A stretch of 63,977 nt of DNA, filler included, from an uncultured bacterium (GTDB lineage: Bacteria > Hinthialibacterota > Hinthialibacteria > Hinthialibacterales > Hinthialibacteraceae): NCBI GenBank assembly GCA_964449065.1. It is 11 parts of 11 records of this genome, joined end to end, with 100 filler letters (N's around TTAATTAATTAA, not from the genome) between each part and the next. Parts side by side here need not be neighbours in the genome. Positions count along the whole stretch, not along the records: positions 18,624 to 24,697 come from CAYVAZ010000317.1; positions 24,798 to 30,839 come from CAYVAZ010000318.1; 9 more parts are not named here. One strand, 5' to 3'. Under the pieces are notes generated by a model, which did no database searches, was not told the origin of the DNA, and worked only from the letters and a program-made list of their open reading frames with translations. Made by a program: the position numbers and the translations under genes. Numbering within the stretch: the stretch's first letter is position 1; each line of letters starts with the position of its first letter. Positions 20,344 to 29,333 of the stretch are shown here, piece after piece.

Positions 20344-21630
20344 ATGAAAGTATTGGTAGTCGGTTCTGGTGGAAGAGAACATGCGTTAGCTTGGAAATTA
20401 AAGCAGTCTCCCTTATGCACAGAAATGTGGTGCGCTCCCGGAAATCCTGGAATGACGGATGACGCTTCCGTTGTCCCGTTTGATATCAATTCAACCAGCA
20501 ATATCGTATCGTTTGCGAAAACCTATAAATTCGGATTAGTCGTCATCGGGCCGGAAAATCCTCTCGCGGATGGAATGGCTAACGCTTTACGCTTGGATAA
20601 AATTCCCGTCGTAGGCCCGAATTATCAAGCCGCAAAGATAGAAAGCTCAAAATCATTTGCCCGCGATTTGATGAAAAAATACAACATCCCCTCCCCCCAA
20701 TATGAGGTATTTGAAGATGCGGAGCAGGCAAAATCCTTCGTTAAATCCTTTATGGATCAAGGCAAACAGGTCGTTGTAAAGGCTGATGGCTTGGCAGCGG
20801 GTAAGGGAGCAATCGTCACTTCAACCTATGAAGAAGCCGAAAACGCAATAAATCAATGCCTTGTAGATAAATCTTTCGGTGAAGCGGGAAACAAAATTGT
20901 AATCGAAGAACGCCTTTCCGGTCCCGAATTATCCATTTTAGCCATAACAGACGGCAAAAATGTTGTAATCCTTCCGCCATCACAAGACCACAAACCCATC
21001 GGCGAAGGAGATACCGGTCTCAATACCGGTGGCATGGGCGCATACAGCCCGGTTCCTACTGTAGATGATCAATTGATCGATGATGTCAAGAAGAATATCC
21101 TGCTCCCAGCAATTCAAGGCTTGGAAGAAGAAGGAACCCCCTATTCCGGTGTGTTGTATGCTGGATTGATGATTCATGATGGCAAACCCTATGTCATCGA
21201 ATTCAACTGCCGCATGGGCGACCCCGAAACCCAAGCGGTATTAACCTCGTTTGATGAAGATCTTCTTCCCATCTTCTTAAACTGCGCGAAAGAGAAATTG
21301 GAAGAAGACAGAACTATTCAAGCAACCAAACACTCCATGTGTGTGGTGATGGCATCGGGCGGCTATCCCGGTTCGTATGAAAAAGGCAAGAAAATCAGTG
21401 GCTTGGATGCTGTAAAGCAAGACTGCGAAGGCAAAGCCATCGTCTTCCGCGCTGGCGTAGCCAAAGAAGGCGATGATCTGGTAACCGCGGGTGGGCGTGT
21501 GCTAGGCGTCACCGGTATGGGAGAATCGTTAGAACAAGCAGCCTCAAAAGCCTATCAAGCTGTAGAAAAAATCTCATTCGAGGGAGCCTATTTCCGCAAG
21601 GATATCGGGTACCGGGTTCTCGGCAATTAA
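20344..21630 (+). CDS. purD: Phosphoribosylamine-glycine ligase
   Basis: MKVLVVGSGGREHAL, KADGLAAGKG, NTGGMGAYSP, EFNCRMGDPE. Confidence 0.97.
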   Translation: MKVLVVGSGGREHALAWKLKQSPLCTEMWCAPGNPGMTDDASVVPFDINSTSNIVSFAKTYKFGLVVIGPENPLADGMANALRLDKIPVVGPNYQAAKIESSKSFARDLMKKYNIPSPQYEVFEDAEQAKSFVKSFMDQGKQVVVKADGLAAGKGAIVTSTYEEAENAINQCLVDKSFGEAGNKIVIEERLSGPELSILAITDGKNVVILPPSQDHKPIGEGDTGLNTGGMGAYSPVPTVDDQLIDDVKKNILLPAIQGLEEEGTPYSGVLYAGLMIHDGKPYVIEFNCRMGDPETQAVLTSFDEDLLPIFLNCAKEKLEEDRTIQATKHSMCVVMASGGYPGSYEKGKKISGLDAVKQDCEGKAIVFRAGVAKEGDDLVTAGGRVLGVTGMGESLEQAASKAYQAVEKISFEGAYFRKDIGYRVLGN

Positions 21631-21828
21631 GGATGATGCTGCNNNNNNNNNNNNNNNNNNNNNNNNNNNNNNNNNNNNNNNNNNNNNNNNNNNNNNNNNN
21701 NNNNNNNNNNNNNNNNNNNNNNNNNNNNNNNNNNNNNNNNNNATATAAAGTAATCCGATAAAATACCATCCGAATTTTGATTTTTGGATGTAAAATGTAA
21801 GGAAAATAAATGTGTAAGGAATTTGAAC

Positions 21829-22084
21829 ATGCATTCCTCTTTAACTTCCAAAGGCCAAACCACCGTTCCCAAAAAAAATTCGTGAGGTTTTGGATTTAAA
21901 ACCAAACCAAAAAATACTGTGGGAAATCAAAAAAGATGGAATGGTAACCGTAAGATCCAAACCCAATCCCTTGGATTTATTCGGCTCAATGAAATCAAAC
22001 GTCAAATATCCCGGTTTAAAACAGGAAAAAGAAGGAATGGTACAAGCGATTGCTGAAGAAGCGGCCCGGGAAGGATTAGACTAA
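21829..22084 (+). pseudogene. AbrB/MazE-type antitoxin with +1 frameshift in an A8 run
   Basis: MHSSLTSKGQTTVPKK continues as IREVLDLKPNQKILW only if one A of CCC-AAAAAAAA-TTCG is removed. Confidence 0.7.
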
Positions 22085-22090
22085 TTGCTC

Positions 22091-22138
22091 ATGTCTAAAT
22101 ATATCGTTGCGGATACGAATCTTTATCCAATTTCCTAA
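22091..22138 (+). pseudogene. PIN/VapC toxin N-terminal remnant
   Basis: MSKYIVADTN then a stop after 15 codons, directly after the antitoxin. Confidence 0.5.
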
Positions 22139-22192
22139 TTGCATGTGCATTTCTAATGAGGCGTGATATTGTATTGAAAAAAGGAATTGTAA

Positions 22193-22750
22193 ATGAAGAA
22201 TAAATCTGCATTCACCCTCATAGAACTCTTGGTCGTGGTGGCCATCATCAGCATTTTGGCTTCGATTGCGATCCCCAACTATCAGCACGCTCAAGTGAAA
22301 GCCAAGGCGACCGCGGTGTTGGCCGAGATGAAATCGCTATCCACCGCGGTGGAGGCTTACTATATCGATAACAATTCCTATCCGCGCGATGGCAACGATT
22401 TTCCCATGCTATCCGATGAACATTTTGATCAGAAGCTTGTGCAGCATGTTTTAACCACGCCCATTGCCTACATCTCAGAACTGCCGGACGACCTCTTCCA
22501 TAGAAACGAAAACCATTTGGGTGATCCGTTGGTCGAACGCTATTTCCAATCCCGCCGGCCGCATCCCTATCTCTATTACAGCAATGACAACTTCAAACTC
22601 AACCGGGGTTCTCCTAAGGCCTATCACATTTTCAGCTTCGGGCCGGATCAGTTCTACAACAACGTCTCCAACAAACCGGGTGAATTCATCGCGTATGACC
22701 AAACCAACGGCGTGGTATCCGGTGGAGACATTTTTATCAAAGGGCCTTAG
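22193..22750 (+). CDS. Prepilin-type N-terminal cleavage/methylation protein
   Basis: AFTLIELLVVVAIISILASIAIPN; LTTPIAY; YDQTNGVVSGGDI. Confidence 0.9.
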   Translation: MKNKSAFTLIELLVVVAIISILASIAIPNYQHAQVKAKATAVLAEMKSLSTAVEAYYIDNNSYPRDGNDFPMLSDEHFDQKLVQHVLTTPIAYISELPDDLFHRNENHLGDPLVERYFQSRRPHPYLYYSNDNFKLNRGSPKAYHIFSFGPDQFYNNVSNKPGEFIAYDQTNGVVSGGDIFIKGP

Positions 22751-22762
22751 AACGCTGTCCGG

Positions 22763-22921
22763 TTAGCGGTTCAGCCACATCTTTATATTGCGCGATACCA
22801 AATCCGGTGCATCCTGCTGCACGAAATGCCCCGCGCCCGCAATCATAATGAGTGTTAAATCTTTCTCCACCCAATACCAATTGTTATTGGATATTGGATG
22901 CAGCAAGGCTTTGTCATCCAA
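22763..22921 (-). pseudogene. C-terminal remnant of an alpha/beta hydrolase
   Basis: Reads LDDKALLHP...[36 protein letters not shown], with the catalytic-His motif GHFVQ but no upstream gene body. Confidence 0.6.
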
Positions 22922-23036
22922 AACCGTACCCGTTTTGGGAGGGGAAATTTCTCTTCAAACGGCAAATCTATTACAAAAGAAGTTTAAAAAGAATCATATT
23001 GGAATTAAATTGGATTGTGCGTGAAAGAAAATAACC

Positions 23037-23246
23037 GGCAAGGTAGGGCGAGTATTAATGCGGTGCGGGTTTATGGTGCCGATTTTTAGAGGAGGTGTTC
23101 CGGCCGGATGTAAACGCTGTTGCTTTCCCCAATGCTGCCGTGTCCGGTGCCGTATCAGCCGGAAATTTATTTATGCGATCCAACATACCTCTCTGAACGT
23201 GGAGATCGCCCAGCGGTGTTGAATACACACCTCGTCCTACCCTGCC
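23037..23246. repeat. REP-like inverted repeat with a nested inverted pair
   Basis: GGCAAGGTAGGGCGAG vs CTCGTCCTACCCTGCC; inner TTCCGGC...GCCGGAA. Confidence 0.55.
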
Positions 23247-23380
23247 AAATTGTTCAGTGAATCAATAAATACGTTGATGCCGAACAAGATGTTTAAAAGA
23301 TTACTTTATCTGTTATTCTATATAAATAGGGCGGGGCTGTCAACCGGTCACACACAAAAAATAGGAAAATTTATGGAATT

Positions 23381-24697
23381 TTACCGCATGGAGGTTTCCG
23401 GCAGGTTTTCTGTTTTGATTTGATAAACCATTCCGCCTTGAATCGCAGGTATCCGTATCCCCTTATGGCCGTTCTCTTCCACCACAGACCAGGCAGAAAC
23501 GGCTTCCACTTCGCTCTCATGTTCCCAACGGCGGGTAATTTCAATCCCTCTGCTTTCCCCTTCAAACCAGGATTGAGGAAGGTCATAAAATTCCAGCAAA
23601 AAGCGTTGCGGCAGCGCGTCAAATACCCAGAGTTCAAGGGAAGTTGGCGAAGTCCAGTTCACCGCAACATCGGCCTTTTGACTGTTGCGTAAAACCGGTT
23701 GCAGCGACCCGGTCTTGGTGAGTTCCGAGACACCGAGAGCGGTTATGTTTTGCTGCTTCGAAACCGCGCTGTTTCGAATGTAAACCATGCCGTCTGTAAT
23801 CAGCGGCTGCACATCCAACAAAACCCCTTCCCGGCTGTGCAAAAAGAAGGAATCTTCCGTACGGGCTGCCGAATACTCTCTGCCGGCAAATGTTCCCGTC
23901 AAAGATATCAATCCGGTCTGTTCGTTTGCCGCCAAAAAGCCGTCTTCCTTGATGGAAACAACGGGCAGAAACGATTCCGGTACGCTCCATTCCTCCCCGC
24001 TGCGGTTTGAGTAGGTTCGCAATCCGTTTTGGTAGCGAATGACAACCCGCTGCAGCTGCCCTTCATCCTCCGCATCCAACGCTTCCGTTGAATTGAGAAT
24101 GCTGCCATCCAGCGCATGATATTCAATCCGTTCAACTTTGTTTTCCGAATCAAGATATTCGGTTGCCAGTGGAGCCAGAAGAGTATAACTCTCCAACAAA
24201 TACTTGCGTATTTCATGGCTGGTCCATGATGAATGGGTATAGAGGTTTGATAGGTAAGGAACACGCCTTTCCGCGATCAGCGCGCTAAAATACGAATCCA
24301 ATGAATTCAGTTTGGCGTTGATATGGCTCCCATCCGAATCGGTTAGAAAAAAGTCGCTCATATCTCCAAAACCGATACGGTTGACTTGATTCGCTTGCTG
24401 AACTTCAGCATCGACGAATAATCGATTTTCCGTTTCACGTTTTGGGGGTACTTTAATACCCGAACTAAACGCGCTCCAAAACCATTGTCTCTCATCTTGG
24501 TTAAAATCCCCTTGCCAATACACCGGCACCCCTACAGAATCGATTTTGGATTGAATGAGGTCATCAATGTATTTGTATACGGATTGGCTATCATCATCAC
24601 GATCCAACCATTGCAAGGTAGAAGCATACCGGTAAACCCCTTCCGGATGCGGCAAACCTTCCAAAAAAACTCCGTTAAACCGCATGGCATGGCGCAT
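23381..24697 (-). CDS. Large hypothetical protein, C-terminal part (5'-truncated)
   Basis: 438-codon open frame running into the contig end; no family confidently recognised. Confidence 0.7.
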   Translation of the reverse strand: MRHAMRFNGVFLEGLPHPEGVYRYASTLQWLDRDDDSQSVYKYIDDLIQSKIDSVGVPVYWQGDFNQDERQWFWSAFSSGIKVPPKRETENRLFVDAEVQQANQVNRIGFGDMSDFFLTDSDGSHINAKLNSLDSYFSALIAERRVPYLSNLYTHSSWTSHEIRKYLLESYTLLAPLATEYLDSENKVERIEYHALDGSILNSTEALDAEDEGQLQRVVIRYQNGLRTYSNRSGEEWSVPESFLPVVSIKEDGFLAANEQTGLISLTGTFAGREYSAARTEDSFFLHSREGVLLDVQPLITDGMVYIRNSAVSKQQNITALGVSELTKTGSLQPVLRNSQKADVAVNWTSPTSLELWVFDALPQRFLLEFYDLPQSWFEGESRGIEITRRWEHESEVEAVSAWSVVEENGHKGIRIPAIQGGMVYQIKTENLPETSMR

Positions 24698-24797
24698 NNN
24701 NNNNNNNNNNNNNNNNNNNNNNNNNNNNNNNNNNNNNNNNNTTAATTAATTAANNNNNNNNNNNNNNNNNNNNNNNNNNNNNNNNNNNNNNNNNNNN

Positions 24798-24899
24798 TGT
24801 CAACGATTAAATGACGGGTGTCGATCCCCCCCTCCCCCCTTATCAAGGGGGGGCAACAACGGATAACCAGCCGTCATTTTTTGATTGACAGACTACTAG
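24798..24899 (+). mobile_element. MITE family B
   Basis: Matches 3310-3413; ends TTGACAGACTACTAG; at contig start. Confidence 0.75.
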
Positions 24900-24974
24900 A
24901 TATTCTTGGCGGGCAGGGGCGCATTGCAATGCCCGCATATGGTGTTTTATCTTATTCTCAATCAGGATGTTTGT

Positions 24975-25730
24975 ATGAGTGAATTATATGACATCGCCAT
25001 TCAATTGGCGGAAAAAGCGGGAAATCTTACGATGGAGTATTTCCAAGCGAATGTAAATGTGGAGACCAAGGATGACGCGTCTCCGGTAACCATCGCGGAC
25101 CAAAAAGCGGAGGAATGTATCCGCACCGAATTGTCGAAGCGCTTTCCGGACGACGGAATTGTCGGCGAAGAGCATGGGGTAGAAGAAAGCAAAAGCGGCC
25201 GGCGCTGGATTATTGACCCCATTGACGGGACGAAATCGTTTATTCGCGATGTGCCGTTGTACGGAACATTGATCGCGGTGGAATGGGACGGCAAGATGCA
25301 GGTTGGCGTGATGCGGTTCCCCGCGCTGAACATTACCATTGCCGCGGAAGTTGGAAACGGCTGCTTTCAAAACGGGAAGCCGTGCCGGGTATCCACTACG
25401 CCAGCCATAGAACAAGCCGCGATCATGCTTACCTCTTACAAAGATTTTATGAATCTCTGGGGGCAAGAAGCGGTTTTGAAACTATTGCAAACCTCTCTGA
25501 TGCAGCGCACGTGGGGGGATTGTTATGGCTACAATCTGGTCGCCAGCGGAAAAGCCGATGCCATGATGGATCCAGGAGTGAAAATATGGGATGTCGCTCC
25601 GTTGATACCAATCATTCGCGAGGCAGGAGGAAAGATCACAGATCTTCACGGGAACGAATCGGAATATTTAACCAGTGTGATCGCAAGCAACGGGCTGTTT
25701 CATGAAGAATTGATTGCATTGTTCCGGTAA
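24975..25730 (+). CDS. hisN: Inositol monophosphatase-family protein (histidinol-phosphatase HisN-like)
   Basis: KDDASPVTIAD, GEE, WIIDPIDGTKSF, WGDCYGY, WDVAP. Confidence 0.8.
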   Translation: MSELYDIAIQLAEKAGNLTMEYFQANVNVETKDDASPVTIADQKAEECIRTELSKRFPDDGIVGEEHGVEESKSGRRWIIDPIDGTKSFIRDVPLYGTLIAVEWDGKMQVGVMRFPALNITIAAEVGNGCFQNGKPCRVSTTPAIEQAAIMLTSYKDFMNLWGQEAVLKLLQTSLMQRTWGDCYGYNLVASGKADAMMDPGVKIWDVAPLIPIIREAGGKITDLHGNESEYLTSVIASNGLFHEELIALFR

Positions 25731-26034
25731 AGCGGATAATAGTTAAAGCCTACACGCATTATTTCCCGCATTTTGTCAAGCCATTTTATCAATTCCTTAC
25801 CATCCTTCCAATCAAATCCATGCGCAATTTGCGCTATGGATACTCTAACGTTTTGATAAAAATACTTATTGTATCGAAATGTTGGTCGATGATTTGTCTG
25901 AGGAAGAAATAGCGCGTTTTAGAGATGATACACCGGGAAGCATCGGCATCTAGCCGGTAAATGTTTGTGCACTATAGACCTCAAGGAAAACTTGAATTGC
26001 GCTCGGTTTTTTTGATGGTGTAAAGGAAAACAAG

Positions 26035-26391
26035 ATGGACCTCACTCCAACCAAACCCTACAATGAGCACCTGGCAATACGGAATGGACGTCTCATTATT
26101 CTGAGCGAGAGCGAATTTAAAGCGTTGCAAATTGCCGAAATTCGAAAATTTCAAAAGGCCGCAGGTACACACGACAACGATGCCGCTGCAATGTGGATTC
26201 AAAAGCATGCCCATTCTTTCCGTCAATACTGGTCACAATTCGTCTTTCGCACGGAAGAAATGAAAAAGGCCGCTCTTGATGAAATGCAAAAACACCGCTG
26301 GATCGAGTCGGAAAAGGCCGGGAAAGATTTAGGGGTATCGGCAGAAATGGACTGGTTAAAAAAATACGGCTGCATGTTTCAGGAAAAATAG
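26035..26391 (+). CDS. Hypothetical protein, DUF4032-like
   Basis: EMQKHRWIESEKAGKDLG..A..DW..KY motif; AAGGA RBS. Confidence 0.6.
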   Translation: MDLTPTKPYNEHLAIRNGRLIILSESEFKALQIAEIRKFQKAAGTHDNDAAAMWIQKHAHSFRQYWSQFVFRTEEMKKAALDEMQKHRWIESEKAGKDLGVSAEMDWLKKYGCMFQEK

Positions 26392-26506
26392 GGGGATTGT
26401 AATTCACGCAGATCACGAAAACGTTGCATGACTACAGCATTTCAACAAAGTTGAACGGGAGGGAATTGATCTCATTACGAACGGAAGTCATAACGCGTAT
26501 CTTTTT

Positions 26507-26638
26507 ATAAGCGGCAGCGCGGGCGTCTTTAACATCATCAACCGCGGCTGCCTGCTGCAACATAATTCCGGCATCCGCAAACACGGGCTGAACACGCAAA
26601 TTAAACACGTGGTGGAGATGCTGGATGACAAATCGTAG
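26507..26638 (+). pseudogene. Remnant of a CCG-domain Fe-S oxidoreductase (GlcF-like)
   Basis: ISGSAGVFNIINRGCLLQHNSGIRKHG...KHVVEMLD*, resembling GlcF CGSAGxYN and NPGCxxQ motifs fused by an internal deletion. Confidence 0.55.
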
Positions 26639-26876
26639 ATCAGTTGTTACGTTAGTAAGTTTATTCCTACGTTGAACTTGAGTTTAAATTTTTACCTGTT
26701 TATCATGATAAAAAATATGGAGAGAAGTAAGTACAATTATCTTGTGAAGAAGTTAATTGTCGTGTAGATAAAGCAATACAAGTTTGCATAGAGGCGCAAA
26801 GTGTACATACATGTACCGGCTAGAAGACGAAACAACCCGGCTATTTAACTCTGGAATACGCAAAAAAAACAAATCT

Positions 26877-27545
26877 ATGAGTAAAACATCACCTCAAATT
26901 CAGACACTTGCAATTGTTGTCGTTGGGAGATTTAATCCAGCGATTTTTCATCCCTTATGGTTTTCTAATATAGGCATATTTACAGAGACCGATATTAAAG
27001 AGGCTGCGGATACATTTGGAGTCGTTCACCCTGATATTTCAAGTTTTCAAATTGATTGGTGCAATATACTTGTTGAAGAACGTAGATTTATTGTGTCAAC
27101 AAGAATGGACGCTTATTTCTCAAGGTTATGCGAATTGGTTCAATTGAGTTTTGATCTATTAACCCATACCCCTGTAATTGCAGTAGGTATCAATCCGGAA
27201 GCTGATTTCGCATTGGGGTCAGAAGAGAGATGGCACAAATTCGGTCATTTTTTTGCACCCAAAGAGTATTGGAAAGAGATTACGGAATCGCCCGGAATGC
27301 AAGAACTCCAGATAAAAGACAGCCCTAGAGACGGTGAGTTTAAGGGTTACACTTTGATCACGTTATGCCCATCGGAAAAAGTAGAATTTGGTGTAAATAT
27401 CAAAATGAATGAACATTTTGAGGTGGGTCAAGCAGGCTCTGTAAAAGGTACAGATCAACTTTTAAATGTTCTTGAAAAACGGTTTCAACCAACCTTGGAA
27501 AAATGGGAAGAAATTTATACACATTTAATCAATGCGGTGGCTTAA
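26877..27545 (+). CDS. Hypothetical protein, gene 1 of the three-gene cassette
   Basis: IVVVGRFNPAIFHPLWF ... HTPVIAVGIN ... MNEHF; weak resemblance to TIGR04255-like proteins (unverified). Confidence 0.75.
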   Translation: MSKTSPQIQTLAIVVVGRFNPAIFHPLWFSNIGIFTETDIKEAADTFGVVHPDISSFQIDWCNILVEERRFIVSTRMDAYFSRLCELVQLSFDLLTHTPVIAVGINPEADFALGSEERWHKFGHFFAPKEYWKEITESPGMQELQIKDSPRDGEFKGYTLITLCPSEKVEFGVNIKMNEHFEVGQAGSVKGTDQLLNVLEKRFQPTLEKWEEIYTHLINAVA

Positions 27546-27547
27546 AA

Positions 27548-28123
27548 ATGAATCATTCATCCTTAGCGGAAATAACCGATTATGGCAGTAAAGGAAGCAA
27601 TTCTTCTTCGGAAGTGCCTACCCTTCCCGATTTAAAGCCGTATTCAGAAATGGATATGCAAAACGAAACTCAAGGACAGTATAATTCCAATGAATCGCAG
27701 GAAACAGTGCTCTCGTTTCGGGATATTCAAAAGTTGAAAACGCCCCGGTTACCCCGATTGATTGAGAAGCGAGAGCCTTCGTTTAAAACGGTTTCACGAT
27801 GGGAATGTGAAGTGGTTGAATTCACAGATGAAGAGAACTTTATCGCAAAAGTAATTTCTCCAGATTCAGAAAAGAAGAGTGGAAAAGATATTGAAGATTA
27901 TATAGAATTTTCTTTATCGGAAGTGAATCCCGAAGATCGAAAACTGTTACAAGAAGGGGCGTTGTTTTATTGGCATGTAGGGTATGAATATACTCCAAAA
28001 GGGCAAGTAAAAAATACGTCACTTCTCATCTTGAGAAGAATGCCGGTATGGAAAAACGTTGAGCAAAAAGCCAAGAAAAAAGCGGATAAGTTTAAACGTT
28101 TGATTGAACAACATTCAAAGTGA
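27548..28123 (+). CDS. Hypothetical protein, gene 2 of the three-gene cassette
   Basis: ATG 2 nt after the gene-1 stop; disordered N-terminus, beta-rich C-domain WECEVV...EGALFYWHVGYE...RRMPVW. Confidence 0.75.
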   Translation: MNHSSLAEITDYGSKGSNSSSEVPTLPDLKPYSEMDMQNETQGQYNSNESQETVLSFRDIQKLKTPRLPRLIEKREPSFKTVSRWECEVVEFTDEENFIAKVISPDSEKKSGKDIEDYIEFSLSEVNPEDRKLLQEGALFYWHVGYEYTPKGQVKNTSLLILRRMPVWKNVEQKAKKKADKFKRLIEQHSK

Positions 28124-28127
28124 TATC

Positions 28128-29240
28128 ATGGATTCACCGTCTGCAAATGAATTTGAAATTAATATTTTTGGCCGGGGGTATGGTGAATCGCTATTACTCC
28201 ATTTAGGAAACAATGAATGGTTTGTGATAGACTCTTGCCTCGATGACCAAAACCAACCCTGTGTACTGAATTATTTGAACAAAATCAATGTTGATCCTGC
28301 TGCAATAAAGTATGTTGCTGCTACGCATTGGCATACCGATCACATCCGAGGTTTAAGCCAAGTATGCAAAGAGGCTGAACACGCTTATTTTATTTTCTCA
28401 CAAGCACTGAAAACCCACGATTTTTTAACCTTACTTTTCGGTCATTCTGAGATTCCAGGTGCAATAAAATCATCCACTCAAGAATTTTGTGAAATCTTGG
28501 AAATTTATCGTGAAAGGATAAGATCAAATCAAAGTGTTGAACGATTTGTTTTGGCAAGTGAAAACAAAATGATTCACAAAGATTCTGCTAAAATCGGTAC
28601 GGATCATATTCTGCGGTCAATTTTAGCTTTGAGCCCTTCTGAAGCGGCTGTTATGAGAAGTTTACAAGATATTTCAGCTCTTTTGCCCGGAAAACTTAAA
28701 CCATTACGAAACTTACGGGGATTAAAACCGAACCACACCTCTATTGTGTTGCTGATAAATTTAGGGAAACTCTGTTTGCTTTTGAGCTCTGACCTGGAAG
28801 AATTGGGAGTAATGGATGATGGGTGGTCTGCGATTATCAATAATCGAATTCAACTGGAGCGTAAGGCAGAAGTGTTTAAAATACCTCATCACGGTTCAAA
28901 GAATGGTCATCATGAAGAAGTTTGGAAGAACTTTGTTTCATCTCAAAATGTCTCTTTATTAACTCCTTTCCATCATGGAAAAACTCAAATTCCAACTGAA
29001 GAAGACCTGAAAAGAATACGTTTATATTCACAATACGCCTATATTGCCGGGGCATCAAAGCAAATAAGTTATAAAACAGACAGAGAAACAAAGAATATGT
29101 TACGTAAGTTAGATAAAAAGCCTTATCGAGTAGAAAGAAAAATGGGGAGGGTTACCCTCAGGAAAAATATCCTCAGGAATGAAGATTGGTCTATATATCT
29201 TGAGGGAGAAACCTGTAACGTAAATAATTTAGTAAATTGA
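28128..29240 (+). CDS. Stand-alone ComEC/Rec2-type metallo-beta-lactamase-fold hydrolase, gene 3 of the cassette
   Basis: GxGES, VIDS, THWHTDH (HxHxDH), NHTSIV, SDLE, KIPHHGS; no TM or competence domain. Confidence 0.85.
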   Translation: MDSPSANEFEINIFGRGYGESLLLHLGNNEWFVIDSCLDDQNQPCVLNYLNKINVDPAAIKYVAATHWHTDHIRGLSQVCKEAEHAYFIFSQALKTHDFLTLLFGHSEIPGAIKSSTQEFCEILEIYRERIRSNQSVERFVLASENKMIHKDSAKIGTDHILRSILALSPSEAAVMRSLQDISALLPGKLKPLRNLRGLKPNHTSIVLLINLGKLCLLLSSDLEELGVMDDGWSAIINNRIQLERKAEVFKIPHHGSKNGHHEEVWKNFVSSQNVSLLTPFHHGKTQIPTEEDLKRIRLYSQYAYIAGASKQISYKTDRETKNMLRKLDKKPYRVERKMGRVTLRKNILRNEDWSIYLEGETCNVNNLVN

Positions 29241-29333
29241 AGAATACGCAATCTCGCCTTTCATACTTCCACTGTAATTCTCCCAATCCCTGCTAGAATA
29301 TCCAATCCAAAATTGTGTATCGGATGAATCGGT

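Noticed and set aside
28128..29240. Antibiotic-resistance beta-lactamase or competence gene comEC
   Set aside because: No signal peptide, motifs are ComEC-type rather than class B beta-lactamase, and the membrane competence domain is absent
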